The position numbers and the translations under genes are program-made. Of a DNA stretch of 64,000 nt, positions 43,343-60,960 are shown in pieces. Every line of letters starts with the position of its first letter. Positions within the stretch are counted from its first letter, which is position 1. Below the pieces are notes generated by a model that was not told the DNA's origin, made no database searches, and saw only the letters and a program-made list of their open reading frames with translations. The DNA is from Eledone cirrhosa (Eukaryota), in the NCBI GenBank assembly GCA_964016885.1, contig OZ024741.1, forward strand, positions 343,976,001-344,040,000. The letters run 5' to 3'.

Positions 43343-43864
43343 TGTGCGTGTGTGTGTGTTATGGTACGGTCCCGTAAACTGCGGTGGAAACGTAGTTGAG
43401 CCGTAGTGACATTCGGCGTTTCTTGGGCATTTTAATCCTGGCCGAGTCCATCCCTCTCCAGTTCTGAATACAGCACAATTCATTCAGAGAAGGCTAGAAG
43501 ATGAGAGAGAGAAATTGAGAAACAGTCATAGAGGGAAAATCGACCTTAGTACAAGACTGGTACACATTATATTGAGGTGCCACCGGCGTATTTTAATACA
43601 GAGAACAGAGAGAAAGAGAGATAGAGGGAGAGAAAAAGAGAGAGACAGAGAGTGGGAGGAAGGGAGAGAGAAAAGAACAGCAGAGAGAGATAGAAAGAGA
43701 AAGCGGGCCGGAACAAATACTGCAAAGCATTTTATCCATCGTTCTAACGACAGATCGGAGCAATAACGTTCTTGTTTACACATACATACATACATAATGG
43801 CTTCCCTTTCGTTATCGAGTATGGCCATTGCACGAGAAAAAAAAAAATATATATATATATATAT

Positions 43865-43901
<37 letters not shown>

Positions 43902-44154
43902 CATACATACATACATACATACATACATACATACATACATAATACATACATACATACATGGTGGCTCCCAACTCGTTTTCGAGTACGGCCACTACTTTAT
44001 ATCCATGTAGGAGAACGCCTACCGATGCGCTGAACGAGTGTGACTTTTAGTCCAGCCAGCGACTTGAAAACTCTGGTACAAACACTACACTTGTGACAAT
44101 TATTGACACATAGTGCTGGGCCCATGGTACATACATGCATACATATATACATAT

Positions 44155-44556
44155 AGGAAAAGAGTTAGGACCCAGACGGCTGAGCTCCGGGCGTTTCGAC
44201 AGCTGGATCCGAAATAAGCCAGCAGTATGAGTACGGCGGGAATCTAGCTGAACTTATCAAGGGGTACAGTCCATATATGGGCATGCAGTCACACAAAACA
44301 AAAAGCAGAAATATAAAATGAATTGATATTTCTGCTTTTTGTTTTGGCTGCATGACCATAAATGGACTGTGTTCCTTGATAAGTTCAGCCAGATTACCGC
44401 CGTAATAATATTGCTGGTTTAGTTCGGATCTAGCTGTCGAAACGGCCGGCGCTCAGCCGTCGGGGTCCTAACTCTTTTCCTATTACCCACTCTACTACCC
44501 TAAGTATCGAAAACTCTGTTGCGTTATGGTCCACCTGGTTTCTTACTACACTTTCT

Positions 44557-44560
<4 letters not shown>
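44155..44560. mobile_element. Inverted module carrying two U3-A8 hammerheads (44170-44265 minus; 44371-44466 plus)
   Basis: TTGATAA-gttcagc.agat...atctagctgtc-GAAA-cggc...gccg-TC-ggggt. The 3' tail recurs at about 2870, 7410, 10055, 22900, 40693, 42285, 47630 and 48167. Confidence 0.75.
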
Positions 44561-44616
<56 letters not shown>

Positions 44617-44637
44617 ATGTGTGTGTGTGTGTATGTG

Positions 44638-44669
<32 letters not shown>

Positions 44670-45432
44670 CGTGTGTTTGTGTGTGTGTATTTGTGTGTGT
44701 TTATGTGTGCGTGAGTGGAAAGAAAGACAGTATTGTGGTCATGCCTGGAAAGCCTTTCATCGTAGGACAGGAATTAGCTGGGTCTAAATAAAAAAAAAAG
44801 AACATCATCATAACCATTATATAAAAAGGGAACAAGGGAAGCTTAACCTGCTAGAAATAACAACCAAATATTTCTCAGCTTATAACTTACCCTATGTACT
44901 ACGAATGGCACCCATTTGATACTGTATTAATGGTTATATCATACCCGTGTTAATCATGAATGGAATGGCACTTTCCATAGATTTGCAGAATAAGATACGA
45001 CTATGGGCTAAACATTAACAATATCACAGTTATTGACATATGGAAGACGATTGAGATAAGCAATAACCAAACAGGTGCAGCGAATGAGAATATTTCTATT
45101 TTTTGTTGTTATTTTTTTTTTGTTTTTTTTTTACATGCTGTGAGATAATGTTGTTATAGATTTTGTGTAGGCTGGTGTTTTTCGCACGCCTATTAGAAGG
45201 TTGTATCACTGTATGAACGAACTGTGAGTGTAATTGAAAATTGTGATGGTGAACGAGTGAGAGAGAAGAGAGAGATAGGCAGAGAGAGAGGGGGAATAGA
45301 TAGAGAAAGAGAGGGGAGACAGGGAGAGAGGCAGGAACAAAGAGACAGAGAGGGATTTTAAAGAGAGTCGATTTTAGAATGTCGGGTAACGATGAAATTA
45401 AATATAGTGAGACAGGAGAGATGGAGAGAGAG

Positions 45433-45517
<85 letters not shown>

Positions 45518-45525
45518 GTGTGCGG

Positions 45526-45556
<31 letters not shown>

Positions 45557-46047
45557 TGCGCGCGTGTGTGTGTATGAGTGGGAAGAAAGAGAGAGAAAGA
45601 GAGTGAGAGAGAGAGGGGGGAAAGAGAGAAAGAAAGGGAAAGAGAGAGATAGAGAGAGAAAGAAAGAGAGGGATAGAGAAAGAGAGAGACCACCTGAGAA
45701 AGTGTGTGAGAATATAGGCGGTTACACGATATGATAAATGTCACAACGTTATGAATTCTGGATGGCAATAGAAAAATAGAAGAAAATAAATTGAAAGAGA
45801 CAGCAACAGCGAGAAAGAGATAGGGGGGTAGAGGTACAGGGGAGAGAAAGTGAGGGGGAGAGTAGAATGTTACTATCTTTACATGCATGCTGGGATATCA
45901 TGTGGTTATGGATGTTGTATATAACTGAATAAGATAACCCACCACCCTGGCCTTCATGAATGATGAGCATGACGTTTTGACATGAATTAGTAAAACTAAA
46001 AGAATTAGTAAAGAAATAAATAGATATTTAGACATAAAATTTTCTGC

Positions 46048-46690
<643 letters not shown>

Positions 46691-47077
46691 TAGTGGATCA
46701 AGCAAACATTGCTGACAGTTCCTTTGATGTGACATGTAAAGGCAGTGTCTGCCATGATATTTATACCTTCAATGTTATGTCATGTTATGTCGCAAAGCAT
46801 GCAGAGAATCATTGAGTTGCTTTTGTTTTTAATTTGGAATTTTCATCTTATTGTTTGATGCTTTGTTTCGCTTACAGTTTGATTTTCTCTTTCATGATCT
46901 GAATTTAATACCAGCTTCCAAAAATAAGGAGATGCCAATATAAATATTTTTTTCATATTTCGAGGTACTTGTATCATTTACTCATTTCATGCAGTACTCT
47001 TGACAAATTAACAAGATATATTATAAATGTGCACACACACACACATCCACATGTATAGGCAGATAGATATGTATATG

Positions 47078-47138
<61 letters not shown>

Positions 47139-47332
47139 GAGAGAGAGAGAGAGAGCAAACATCACGAGCGCTCTATCTCAAAATTATTTTTGAAAACCAT
47201 TAGAAATGCGCAACCGGTAAAGACTTACAACTAAAACTGAATACTAACCAATACTTATTACTAATTTATACTTATTCCTAATTAAACTATTTTTCACTGG
47301 GAAAAATTTATCACCATTTTCTTTTCCTCTTC

Positions 47333-47391
<59 letters not shown>

Positions 47392-47565
47392 AAAAAGATG
47401 AAATCGAAAATGCAACTAGAATCTTTTTTTTTTTTAAATATATATATATTTATTTGGGTCCTTTACCTGTGTTTCGCAGTTCTTCTGCTTTTCAAAAGTA
47501 GTGTTGAGATGGAGAGTCTGTGGTTTATATATATATATATATATATATGCCCATACATGGACTGT

Positions 47566-47661
47566 GCCCCTTGATAATTTCAGCTAGATTTCCGCCGTCT
47601 TAATACTGCTGGCTTAGTTCAGATCTAACTGTCGAAACGGCCGGAGCTCAGCTGTCGGGGT
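47566..47661 (+). ncRNA. Type I hammerhead motif, U3-A8 variant
   Basis: gcccc-TTGATAA-tttcagctagat...atctaactgtc-GAAA-cggccggagctcagctg-TC-ggggt. Confidence 0.65.
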
Positions 47662-47673
47662 TCCGACTCTTTT

Positions 47674-48168
<495 letters not shown>

Positions 48169-48325
48169 AAAAGAGTCAGGACCCCGACGGCTGAGTAATA
48201 CTATATGGTAATAATAATAAATATGAAGATTAAAATCCGAAGAGGGCTCGATAAGGATTGATTTTTTTTAGTTTCAGATCCCGTTAAGGGTGAAAGCAGC
48301 GATTCTTTGCTTAAACTTTAATCTC

Positions 48326-49085
48326 AGAGGGTCGTGGGGACAGAGTCCTCAAATCATCCCTTCAGTGGGTCCTGTGAGAAACAACCATCTCCAACTGATC
48401 CAGCTGGATCCCCCAGCGTGACAAGCCAAGCTCATGGATATTATTCAACCATCTTGTTTGGGGTCTACCCCTATGTCACCTACCAGTTAATTTTGTCCGT
48501 AAAATCTGTCCAGCGATTCTTTCCTCGGACATTCTAACCACATGGCCATAATATCGGAGCTGTGATCTCTCAGTGTCATTCCCTATTTATAATATAGAGT
48601 GCTTACGTATTATTTTCTTCATAATTTGTATGAATAATCCATGTATTCCCTGATCAATAAGAATTTCAAGCACATTTGGGATTTCAATGCTATTGAAGAT
48701 TTCCTCAAATTCAATAAAGTCTCAACACAATGGTTTTCTATATTCTCCACGTTTCTAAATAACTTAGTTTATGACCTGCAGAAGGTCGTTTGTTCAGTGT
48801 TCTATTCTAAACACTCCTTTTTCTCTTAACAGTTTTAATGCGATTTGTAAGCACTTTGTTGAATATTTTGTACCAGTTAGGTAGGAGGCTGATGGGTCTG
48901 TAGATTTTAAGATCAATAATATCACCTTTTCAGTGTAAACTTATAATGATGGAATTGTGCCAGCTACTGGCCGTTTCATTTTGTGAAGTAAACTTCTACT
49001 TCCATACGGACTGGGGCCACATTTCTCTTTGAGGACCTCAATGATCACTTCAACTTCACAACTGTGTCTTGCGATTTATTCATGC
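48326..49085 (-). pseudogene. Decayed RTE-like LINE reverse transcriptase fragment
   Basis: Minus strand reads YRPISLLPNWYKIFNKVLTNRI and DLLQVIN*VI*KRGEYRKPLC*DFIEFEEIFNSIE, with a degenerate G.RQGD.LSP-like segment; many stops. Confidence 0.75.
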
Positions 49086-49154
49086 ATAGGAGTACATACA
49101 CACACACGCACGCACGCACACACGCACGCGCACAAACACACACTCACACACACA

Positions 49155-49202
<48 letters not shown>

Positions 49203-49214
49203 CATATATATACT

Positions 49215-49545
49215 ATGAAGGCACATGGCTTAGTGGCTAGAGCAGTTGGCTTCCAATTGAGAGTTTGTGAGTTCGATTCTCGGACCGGGTGATGTGCTGT
49301 GACCTTGAGCAAGACACTTTCTTTCACGTTCGTTGCTCCAGTTTACTTAGCTGTAGAAATGAGTTGCGACGTCACTGGTGCCAAGCTGTATCGGTCATAG
49401 CCTTTCCTTTGAACAACATCGGTGGCGTGGAGAGGGAAGACTGCAATGCTTGGGCAACTGCTGGTCTTCCACAAAATAAACATTGTCCAGGCTTGTGCTT
49501 CCGAGGGAAACTTTCTAGGTGCGAAACCATGATCATTAGTGACCG
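49215..49545 (+). mobile_element. Longer tRNA-derived SINE (second family)
   Basis: A box TGGCTTAGTGG, B box GAGTTCGATTC, then ccttgagcaagacactt; head and core shared with 61615-61830. Confidence 0.75.
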
Positions 49546-49552
49546 ATTAGGG

Positions 49553-49619
<67 letters not shown>

Positions 49620-49694
49620 TACTACGTGTTTCTTTTCTGTTACGCAAACATTTACCAGAATTAAATCGGAGTATTTTTTCCGTTATTCGCTCAC

Positions 49695-49768
49695 ACGGGG
49701 TCGATAAAACAAAGTACCAGTAATGCACTGGGTAATTGCTGGCCTTGTGCCTAAAGTAGAAACAATTA
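49695..49768 (+). mobile_element. SINE 3' fragment
   Basis: cggggtcgataaaacaaagtaccag...agtagaaacaatta. Confidence 0.75.
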
Positions 49769-49862
49769 TGTATGCGTTCAGCAGATCATCAAAGATATTT
49801 AAAAAATGCACACAAATATGAATTAACCACCATAAAGGGAAACTTCTTTATCTTCTCACACT

Positions 49863-49921
<59 letters not shown>

Positions 49922-50006
49922 GTAGAAAACTGGTGGGTTATATCCGTAGTAGTAGAACATGTAGTAGTAGGGTTTGGTAGTAGTTCAAAAACAGTTATTT
50001 CACCAT

Positions 50007-50049
50007 ACCGAGAACAAATGTTTCATCTTATTCGGATCCTCAGCTTGGT
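50007..50049 (-). ncRNA. Type I hammerhead motif
   Basis: Minus strand: accaag-CTGAGGA-tccgaataagat-GAAA-catttg-TT-ctcggt; helix II is weak. Confidence 0.5.
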
Positions 50050-50088
50050 CTAAATTTAGATTACTTATATATATATATATATGTATGC

Positions 50089-50132
<44 letters not shown>

Positions 50133-50249
50133 AGAGAGAGAGAGGGCGTGCGCGCGTGTGTATGTATCTATCTATGTAATTTATGTTTGCTGCTAACGAA
50201 TTATATGAATTTATCAGCACCACTTGATGAAATCTCTTCCAAAGGAATG

Positions 50250-50320
50250 TTCTAGGGGTAGCATCGACGAAGATGACACTCTGGTAGTTTTCGCTAACAT
50301 ACCTAGGAATAGAGTAGAAG
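50250..50320 (-). pseudogene. Small PLE linker fragment
   Basis: ENYQSVIFVDATP, homologous to RYQSVMFVDATP in the ORF at 53072. Confidence 0.55.
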
Positions 50321-51151
50321 CGTAAGACCAGGAAAAAAAGGAGGCACAAAACAAGATAGTCATTGAGGAAGTCTCAGAATGTGTGACGAAAGAACATTGT
50401 CAAACAAATGAATAACGAACAATAAAGATAAATTGAAAACCCTGACAAGGGGTAGAAGAACTCATAAGTGTCAACGGCCATAAAAAAATATCCTGCCAAA
50501 TCAATGGGTGGCAGTATTTCCAGCTCCACGTGTCGAAAGATTGGTGTAGTGGTTCTGAGAACAAGGCGGCTTTGCAGATGATCAATGCAAATTGACAATG
50601 AAAAGGCACTCCTGCTCGAGTTAGAAGAGAACTATTGACCTTCAGGAGAAGCAGCGACCCCAGGTTGTATTCAGCAAGCGAAACAGATCCAATGCTCCTA
50701 GAGACGACCCTGATTCTTCTTATCTGCGAGTGTAAACTCGGCCAGAGTAGATTAGATTAGATTGTATATACACCAAATACATATTCTATAGAAGAATATG
50801 TAGACATGTGGTATCGTAGGAGAAACATTATAGCGCTATTTCATACCTGGAGAGTGTAGCTCAAAATCAATCTATGTAATTGATCATCGAAAAAAGCAAT
50901 CATAGACAAACTATCGATCATGATTAAACTACATGAGACACAGGTACTCTTCAAAGGCTTAGTCTCACCATTCTAGAATGAAGATGGTATATAAAACAAT
51001 ATCTATAAGTATATATATATATAATATGGAAAACGAAGAATCAGTGAAGCATCGCAGATCCTTTCTTTTCCATATTATTATACTCTGCCCAGAAGGAGCA
51101 TAGAATGCTCAATTGGCATCCCGCCTATGGACGCATCCAAGCAACCTTACT

Positions 51152-51227
<76 letters not shown>

Positions 51228-51590
51228 GAAGTATTTCCGTAGGAAAGGTAAAGGAAAAGAGAGTGCTTTATGTAGGCTACAGACATTTTAGTTATGTAAT
51301 AAACAACATATATATATTTGACAATGTTCTTTCGTCACACATTCTGAGACCTCCTCAATGACTATCTGATTTGTGCCTCCTTTTTTTCCTGGTCTTACGC
51401 TTCTACTCGAGTCCGGGAACCTTATAGGCACCCGTTTTACGTGTGTTGTGTTGAGGCAAATAACTATGTGTATACTATTGTAATGTATCTTACATTGCCC
51501 ATTGAGTGCGCTGAGATACAACCGGTTCTGGCATTGATAAGTATGCTGGGTCCGTCAACCCTTATTATATATATATATATATATGTAATA

Positions 51591-51646
<56 letters not shown>

Positions 51647-51923
51647 ATGTATGTGTGCGCATGGGTGTGTCTTGAATTCTAATAGTTCTGCATTGTATAT
51701 TTTAACCATGTTAAGAAATGTAAGTATTAATTGGTTATATTCTCATCACTTTTGTACGTGTTATATGTATTCCATTCTATAATTGTTTTGTTCTCTGTAA
51801 TAGAAGTGAGCTCTGGAATGGATTGTTTTTCAAATCTTACTTCCATTGCACATTTTCAGAACAACGAAATCGAGATGTTTTATTTCAATTTACTCTTGAT
51901 TTTTTATATATGTATATACATAC

Positions 51924-51969
<46 letters not shown>

Positions 51970-52018
51970 GTGGGTTTGTATATATATATATATATATATA
52001 TACGTATCTATCTATATC

Positions 52019-52107
<89 letters not shown>

Positions 52108-52134
52108 ATATATATACATATATATATATATGTA

Positions 52135-52592
52135 ATAAATGTAATCTGAGTTTTTCGAATATTAATAGCATTCGATTGGTTTGCAATTTTGCAAAGAAGC
52201 CTCAATTTTAAAGCCATGTCGGTAGAATGAACCCTTCATGTTTGCTCTTGTGTTGGCATGCGAACAGAATAGCAGACACTAATGTTTCTGAGTATCACCC
52301 TTCATCAGTACAGCTCACTGTTCACCTGCCAAACTGTCAGTGCTAGTGAAAATATATGCTATTTTCTAAAATACACAGTGACTGATCGGCCTGATTTGCA
52401 TGTCAGCAGACTGGCTGATCAGTCAGATCTGCATATTAGCAGCTGATGAAGGGTGATACCCAGAAACATTAGTGTCTACAGTTCTGTTCGTATGCCAACA
52501 CAAGAGCAAGAATGCAATTGCAAACGAATCGAATGTTATTAATATTCGAAAAACTCAGATTACATTTATTGTATTCAGCCATGTAGAGCGAC
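52135..52592. mobile_element. Inverted module of the 20295-20610 family with hammerheads at 52267-52316 (-) and 52443-52484 (+)
   Basis: CTGATGAAGGGTGATAC(C/T)CAGAAACATTAGTGTC on both strands. Confidence 0.8.
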
Positions 52593-52936
52593 ATCTTTAT
52601 GACACGCTGGTATCTCTGGTTATCGTACCATGAGGTGGCTTTCCTTATATTATGTTTAGTCCTATCTAAGCTATTCCATGATTTGCTTCTGTATAATGGG
52701 CAAATTCATTTCATGTCCAGTTCTATGAGGGTTTTATACTTCTCCGTGGCTCCTTCGTATACTCTGATTCTGTCTCTTTGGTTGTAGCCAGAGAACTGCA
52801 TGCGGTTGATGAAGTGTTGGATGTGTCTTTCCATTTCTGTTGGGTCGCACATGTGGGACACGTTCTTCATCACTCGTACAAAGTCTGCGATCAGAATATT
52901 AAACTTAGCACTACTGAACATTGCTGATACTCAACA

Positions 52937-53704
52937 GTATGGAAAGACACATCCAACACTTCATCAACCGCATGCAGTCTTCTGGCTACAACCAAAGAGA
53001 CAGAATCAGAGTATACGAAGGAGCCACGAAGAAGTATAAGACCTTCATAGAACTGGACATGAATTTGCCCATTGTACAGGAGCAAATTATGGAATAGCTT
53101 AGATAGAACTAAACATAAGATAGGGAAAGCCACCTCATGGTACGACAACCAGAGATACCAGAGTGTCATGTTCGTGGACGCTACCCCTGGAGAGAAATTA
53201 ACTAACCAGTGTAGAAAGACCCTGAGAAAGACCCATTTAAAGATTAAGGTGGTAGAAAAGCCAGGAACCACCATAAAATTCCTGATCAGCAAAACATACC
53301 CTTTTAAAAAAACACACTGTACTAATAGGCAATGTATTATATGTGAAGTAAACCCTCGGATAAACTGTAAAAGTAGAAACGTAGTCTATAGCATAGGATG
53401 TAGAGAGGGTACTTGCAGAAACATGACAACAATATACATAGGCGAGACAGCTCGTAGCATAGGTGAAAGGATAGACCAACACTGGGGGGAACTAAAAGGA
53501 AGAAAAAACGGTTTAGTACTATACGAACACGTCGGAGAACAACATGTCGGTAACATAGACAACATAGAAATAAAAATAATATCTAAACATAGAAATGACC
53601 CAGCATATAGGCAAATCAGAGAGGCCAGTGAAATAGAACTTAGAAGGCCAAAGGTAAACAGAAAAATGAATGGAATAACAACAACACCCAAACAACAATA
53701 CTGA
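52937..53704 (+). pseudogene. PLE thumb/linker and GIY-YIG endonuclease fragment
   Basis: MERHIQHFINRMQSSGY...FVDATPG...KVVEKPG...CTNRQCIIC...VVYSIGCREGTC...IYIGETARSIGERIDQH...RQIREASEI. Confidence 0.85.
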
Positions 53705-53965
53705 CCTAAGAGAAGTGTAAATAAATAAATAAATATGTACACAAGCACAATAACAACAAACACATATAAACACACACTAGTAAACTAAGATAGAATACAA
53801 TAACCAAAAACACAGTCACCCAAACGCGAACACACATCAAATACTATACACACACGTAAACGCATGCGCAGAGAAGAAGACAAAAATAAATAAATAAATA
53901 AATAAATAAACAGATTAAATAAAGATGGCGTAGACATACAATACAACAGGAGGAAACATAATAGC

Positions 53966-54006
53966 ACCACTGACGATGTTGCAGATGTGCAACGAAAGAA
54001 CTTTGT
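53966..54006 (+). ncRNA. Hammerhead-like motif in the PLE 3' region
   Basis: CTGACGA-t-GTTGCAgatgTGCAAC-GAAA-gaac-TT; helices I and III are weak. Confidence 0.5.
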
Positions 54007-54260
54007 TAGACTATATATATGTGTTTGCGTTTATATTATATCTGTATTTTATTACCGTTGGTCAGTCAATGGTAAACATTGAGAACCGAATAAATTAACT
54101 GATATAAAAGATACAGAAGCGAAAACCAACCAAACAGTGAGTGTGTTCTGTTATTAATTCTGGCAATATTATTACAATATGACCCTCCCCAAGTATAACA
54201 ATATTTGTTTCGACACAAGATTTCATATCAAAAACCTCGCAAAACAAATTCATCGCCGTC

Positions 54261-54315
<55 letters not shown>

Positions 54316-54680
54316 CAAGGGCGGAGGCACTCAGGAGATTCAACGGCCATCCAAATAGTACTTTTTTTTTACCTGGGTGTGAAAGGCCCCCAGTTGTTGT
54401 CACAGCACCTTTCTAAGAGGGGGAAACTGAAAAAAAAACCTGCAGCTTCGGAAGTATCCGATGATGTTGACCAGCTTCCTTTACGGGTAGTGTTCCCGAT
54501 GCTCAGAGAGTGGGATTGGTCGAATGCAAGGTTTTTACCTACTTAAAAAATCCTCAAAACACAGGCATTGCTTGTTCAGGATCTGTTACAGGTTTGTGTG
54601 GCTGGCCGTAGTTTAAAAGTGTACCAAACTCTATAATCTGACAAGTGATTGTAATAGTCTTAGCAGAGTTTGCAGCCATC

Positions 54681-55792
<1,112 letters not shown>

Positions 55793-56351
55793 AAACTGAA
55801 AAAATGAAACGAAATTTCATTTCCCACTCTTAGTACGGCTGTTACTTAAATATAAGTATGTACACGTACATACATATATGTATACAGACGTACAGTAGTA
55901 TGTATATATATATACATACATGCACACATATATATATATATGTACGTATGGATTCACCGAACATTTATTATAATGCTCGGTGTGTTTATTATAATGCCGT
56001 AGTGTCCAGCAACCATCGTTGCTCGTTTGTTCAACACTGAAAAAGGAATGCTGTACTAGTTTCAAGCTTATTAGCTATCGTCAGCAACGTATACCTTCCT
56101 GCCAGATTGTTGAACGTATATACTTACCTTATGCATATTAACAGCTGAGAAGCCCAATTTGCATATCGAGTGCACCGAAAACGATAAACGGAAAAAATGA
56201 AACGAAATTTCATTTCCCACTCTTAGTACGGCTGTTACTTAAATATAAGTATGTACACGTATGTATAAGTATGTACATTCAATGGCTATCTTCGAAATAT
56301 ATATAGCAGTAAATAAAGGATTATGAGTTCATGCAATTGACTTATGTTTCG

Positions 56352-56392
<41 letters not shown>

Positions 56393-57289
56393 TTATGTAT
56401 GTATACAAAATATGTGTATTTGTATAATAAATGTGCTTTTGAATCAGGGCAAATACACTGCACAATAATTATAGGCACTGTTAAGAGCGAGGTGGGATCA
56501 AAATCTTTTAATCAAAGTATGGGAAATTTTAGAATAGCCGAGAAAAGTATCATAGCTGAAAAACTAACTGTATTTGTTTATGAAATAAACTTCAAAATAT
56601 ATTTCGTTACGCTTTTAAAAGAATGTTGACTGTGTATATGGACAAATCCAAATGAAAATAAAAATAAAAATAAAAGTAAAAACGAAATTGATTTTATAAT
56701 GATAAATAAGTTGATTACATTTGACGAGGTGATAGTTCTTTCACAGTTTAATGCTGGATAGAAGTCTTGTCTAGTTAAATTTGTCAGTAAAGGGAAACCA
56801 GAAATAAAAAAATGTACAAATTATTTGAATGAATGACAAGCAGTAATATAAATAGGAATTTGAAAAAAAAAAATAGATTCGAGAATTTAAAGCTTGACTT
56901 TAAACCCTAAACGTAGATTCACAAAGTCAAACGATGGTGGAGATTAATAGAGACATTGGGCTGGAATTAGTAGAGAGAATGAAACATAATCTATATATAA
57001 ATGTCTGCGATTCTGTCACAACACGTACAGAGAAAGGAGTAGTTTGACTATCTCATACTGCTCCTCTCTCTTTACGTCTGCTGCCTGCGTGAATGTATGT
57101 GTGTGTGTAAAGGGAGGGAAGGGGATGGTGAATAAAGTACGCTGTGTGTGAGTGTATGTGTATGTGTGTGTTTGTGTTTGCACGTTTATATTTATATGCA
57201 CATACAGACACGCACGACACATACACATACGTGACAGCGTATGGAAACAAATTCTAGTTTCAGGAAACTTTCGAGTTGATGAACAGCAA

Positions 57290-57925
57290 GTATGAAAGGC
57301 AAAGTTGAACGGCAAGTATGAAAGGCAAAGTTAACCTCGGCTGGATTTGAACACAGATCATAAAAGGCCGTAACTCTATGCTGCAAAACATGGCGTCCAT
57401 CCCTCTACCGATACGGCCAATCCACCGCCCTCACCATCCGGAAATAATAAAAGAAAAGAAAATGATGGGTTCTGAAAATAATGGCCCTGTACAGGGTAAA
57501 CAATTTTGTGGGAGGGGAAAGTCGATTAACTCGACCCCAGTGTGTTAGTGGTTCTTTATTCTATTGACCCCGTAAGGATAAAAGGCAAAGTTAACCTCGG
57601 CAGAATTTGAACTCGGATCGTAAACTAACGTAACTTTCGTAAGTATATGCCACAAAGCATGTTGTGCGACGCTCTGCCGATACTGCTAATCCACCGCCCG
57701 GAAATAATGATTTATAGTATAGGCACAATATCAGTAATTTGGGGGGAGGGGAAAGTCGATTAAATCGACCCCAATACGTTACTAGTACTTTATTTTATCG
57801 ACCCCGTAAGGATGAAAGGCAAAGTTAACCTCGGCGGGATTTGAACACAGATCATAAAAGGCCGTAACTCTATGCTGCAAAACATGGCGTACGGCCCTCT
57901 ACTGATACGGCCAATCCACCGCCTC
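57290..57925 (-). mobile_element. Cluster of three SINE copies
   Basis: Repeated gaaaggcaaagttaacctcgg...aatccaccgcc. Confidence 0.82.
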
Positions 57926-58154
57926 ACCATCCGGAAATAATAAAAGCAGTAATCAGAAGGTGAAATCTGCAGATACTTTTAATAATATTAAGAAAGTAAT
58001 AAAAGAAGTAATACGAAAATAAATAAGCGATACAAAACATTAAACACTTTGGAAGGACTGAACGAAGGATTATTTGAGGGAAATCTTAAATTGTTGCTCT
58101 TAAATCTAGTGATGGAGAAATCATAGATAAGAGAGAAACGATCATGAAAAGAGA

Positions 58155-58335
58155 GATGATAATGATGATGATGGTGATGATGTTGATGACGATGATGCTT
58201 ATGTTGATTATGATGGTGATAACCATTATAATGATAACTATAATGACGATAATTATAATGATGATTATGATGATGATGATGATGATGACGATGATGATTA
58301 TTATGATTATGATTATGATTAAGATGATGACGACA
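58155..58335. repeat. (ATG)n-like trinucleotide repeat
   Basis: Direct reading. Confidence 0.9.
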
Positions 58336-58349
58336 ATAAGGTAGGTAAC

Positions 58350-58560
58350 ATTTAAATTTCAGAGAAAAGGTAGAAAGACAATTCACACACATAGGAAGAA
58401 AGAAGTAAGGAGTGAAAATCTGGTTCATTCTCGTGGAGTGTTGCCAATAGAGAAAAACCCATGTTGGCATAGCATGCAGTGCAGAAGGTATTTCAGATCC
58501 GTTCTTACGCCCCTCTTGGGGGCAATAAGAGTTAAATTCTCTACAGCTTGGCATTGAGGT
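58350..58560 (-). pseudogene. Possible decayed CR1/Jockey-type LINE 3' end
   Basis: STRMNQIFTPYFFLPMCVNCLSTF resembles the RT-tail motif RTxxxxxSFFPxxxxxWNxLP; weak. Confidence 0.3.
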
Positions 58561-58864
58561 TAATTAAGAACAATTGGCAAGGAATGTCTTATTTTAATCT
58601 TGTAGGTTGCCTTTTCGCCTCCAGCTCGACGAAATATTTCGTGTCTGCTTTTACTTGGATGTAATATATCGATCTATGAAGTATAGACTGAATACTGTTG
58701 CCATGACAACGGATCTTGGTTGGACCTGGCTGTTTTTGCATCAGAAATATCGGTAAGCTAAGTATTGTCATCATTCGCCGACTCAATTCTTCAGTCGTCG
58801 CCGTCGTCGACATTGTCGTGGTCATTGTCGTCATCTAAGTCGTCTTCTTTGTTTTTTTCTTCTT

Positions 58865-60349
<1,485 letters not shown>

Positions 60350-60769
60350 ATAATTTTCTAGGTGTAGTTGCACGCTCAAACCTCGTCAGCGGAGTTCATT
60401 TATTGTACTTTTAACCTTTTTCTTTTTGTTTTCTTTACTTGGTTTTTATATATCATATTGTTTAAAATATAGGAGTCTCCCATGATAGGGTTCAAATATC
60501 TCATCTATCTTATAATTTGGTATTTTCTCAAGGGTTCTATTTATATAATATAATGACTTCTTACGTAGACATGAGGCCTGGACGATAGGAATCAGTGTTA
60601 AGTAATTAAATCGAACCCAATATTTAAGTTATCTTATCAATCCCGGAGGGACAAAAAGCAACGTTGGCCTCAAGGGAATTCGACCCAAGAATGTAAAGAG
60701 CCGGATGAAGTTACAAACTAACTTGTCTGACACTCTAATTGCCTTAAAAAGAGGCACTTGGTTAGGAAT

Positions 60770-60960
60770 TCGGAGACGTGGGAAAAGCCAATTAAATCGA
60801 CCCCAGTACATACCTGATACTTTATTTTATTTATGTTATCGACTCCGGAAGAATGAAACACAAAGTTGACCACGGTGGGATTTGAAATCAGAGTATAGAT
60901 TGCCGTAACGAAATTCTGCCGTGGCATCTAACGCAATAACAATTCTGCCAATCCACCGCC
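60770..60960 (-). mobile_element. Diverged SINE copy
   Basis: aaatcgaccccagtac...aaagttgaccacggtgggatttgaa...gccaatccaccgcc. Confidence 0.7.

Larger units (their letters stand above)
52595..54262 (+). mobile_element. 5'-truncated Penelope-like element with a 5' inversion
   Basis: 52595-52925 is an inverted, slightly diverged copy overlapping 52937-53170 of the forward part; GIY-YIG ORF, 3' region with hammerhead, ends in (TA)n. Confidence 0.88.

Noticed and set aside
49215-49290. tRNA gene
   Set aside because: A and B boxes are present but continue into a SINE body, with no convincing cloverleaf.
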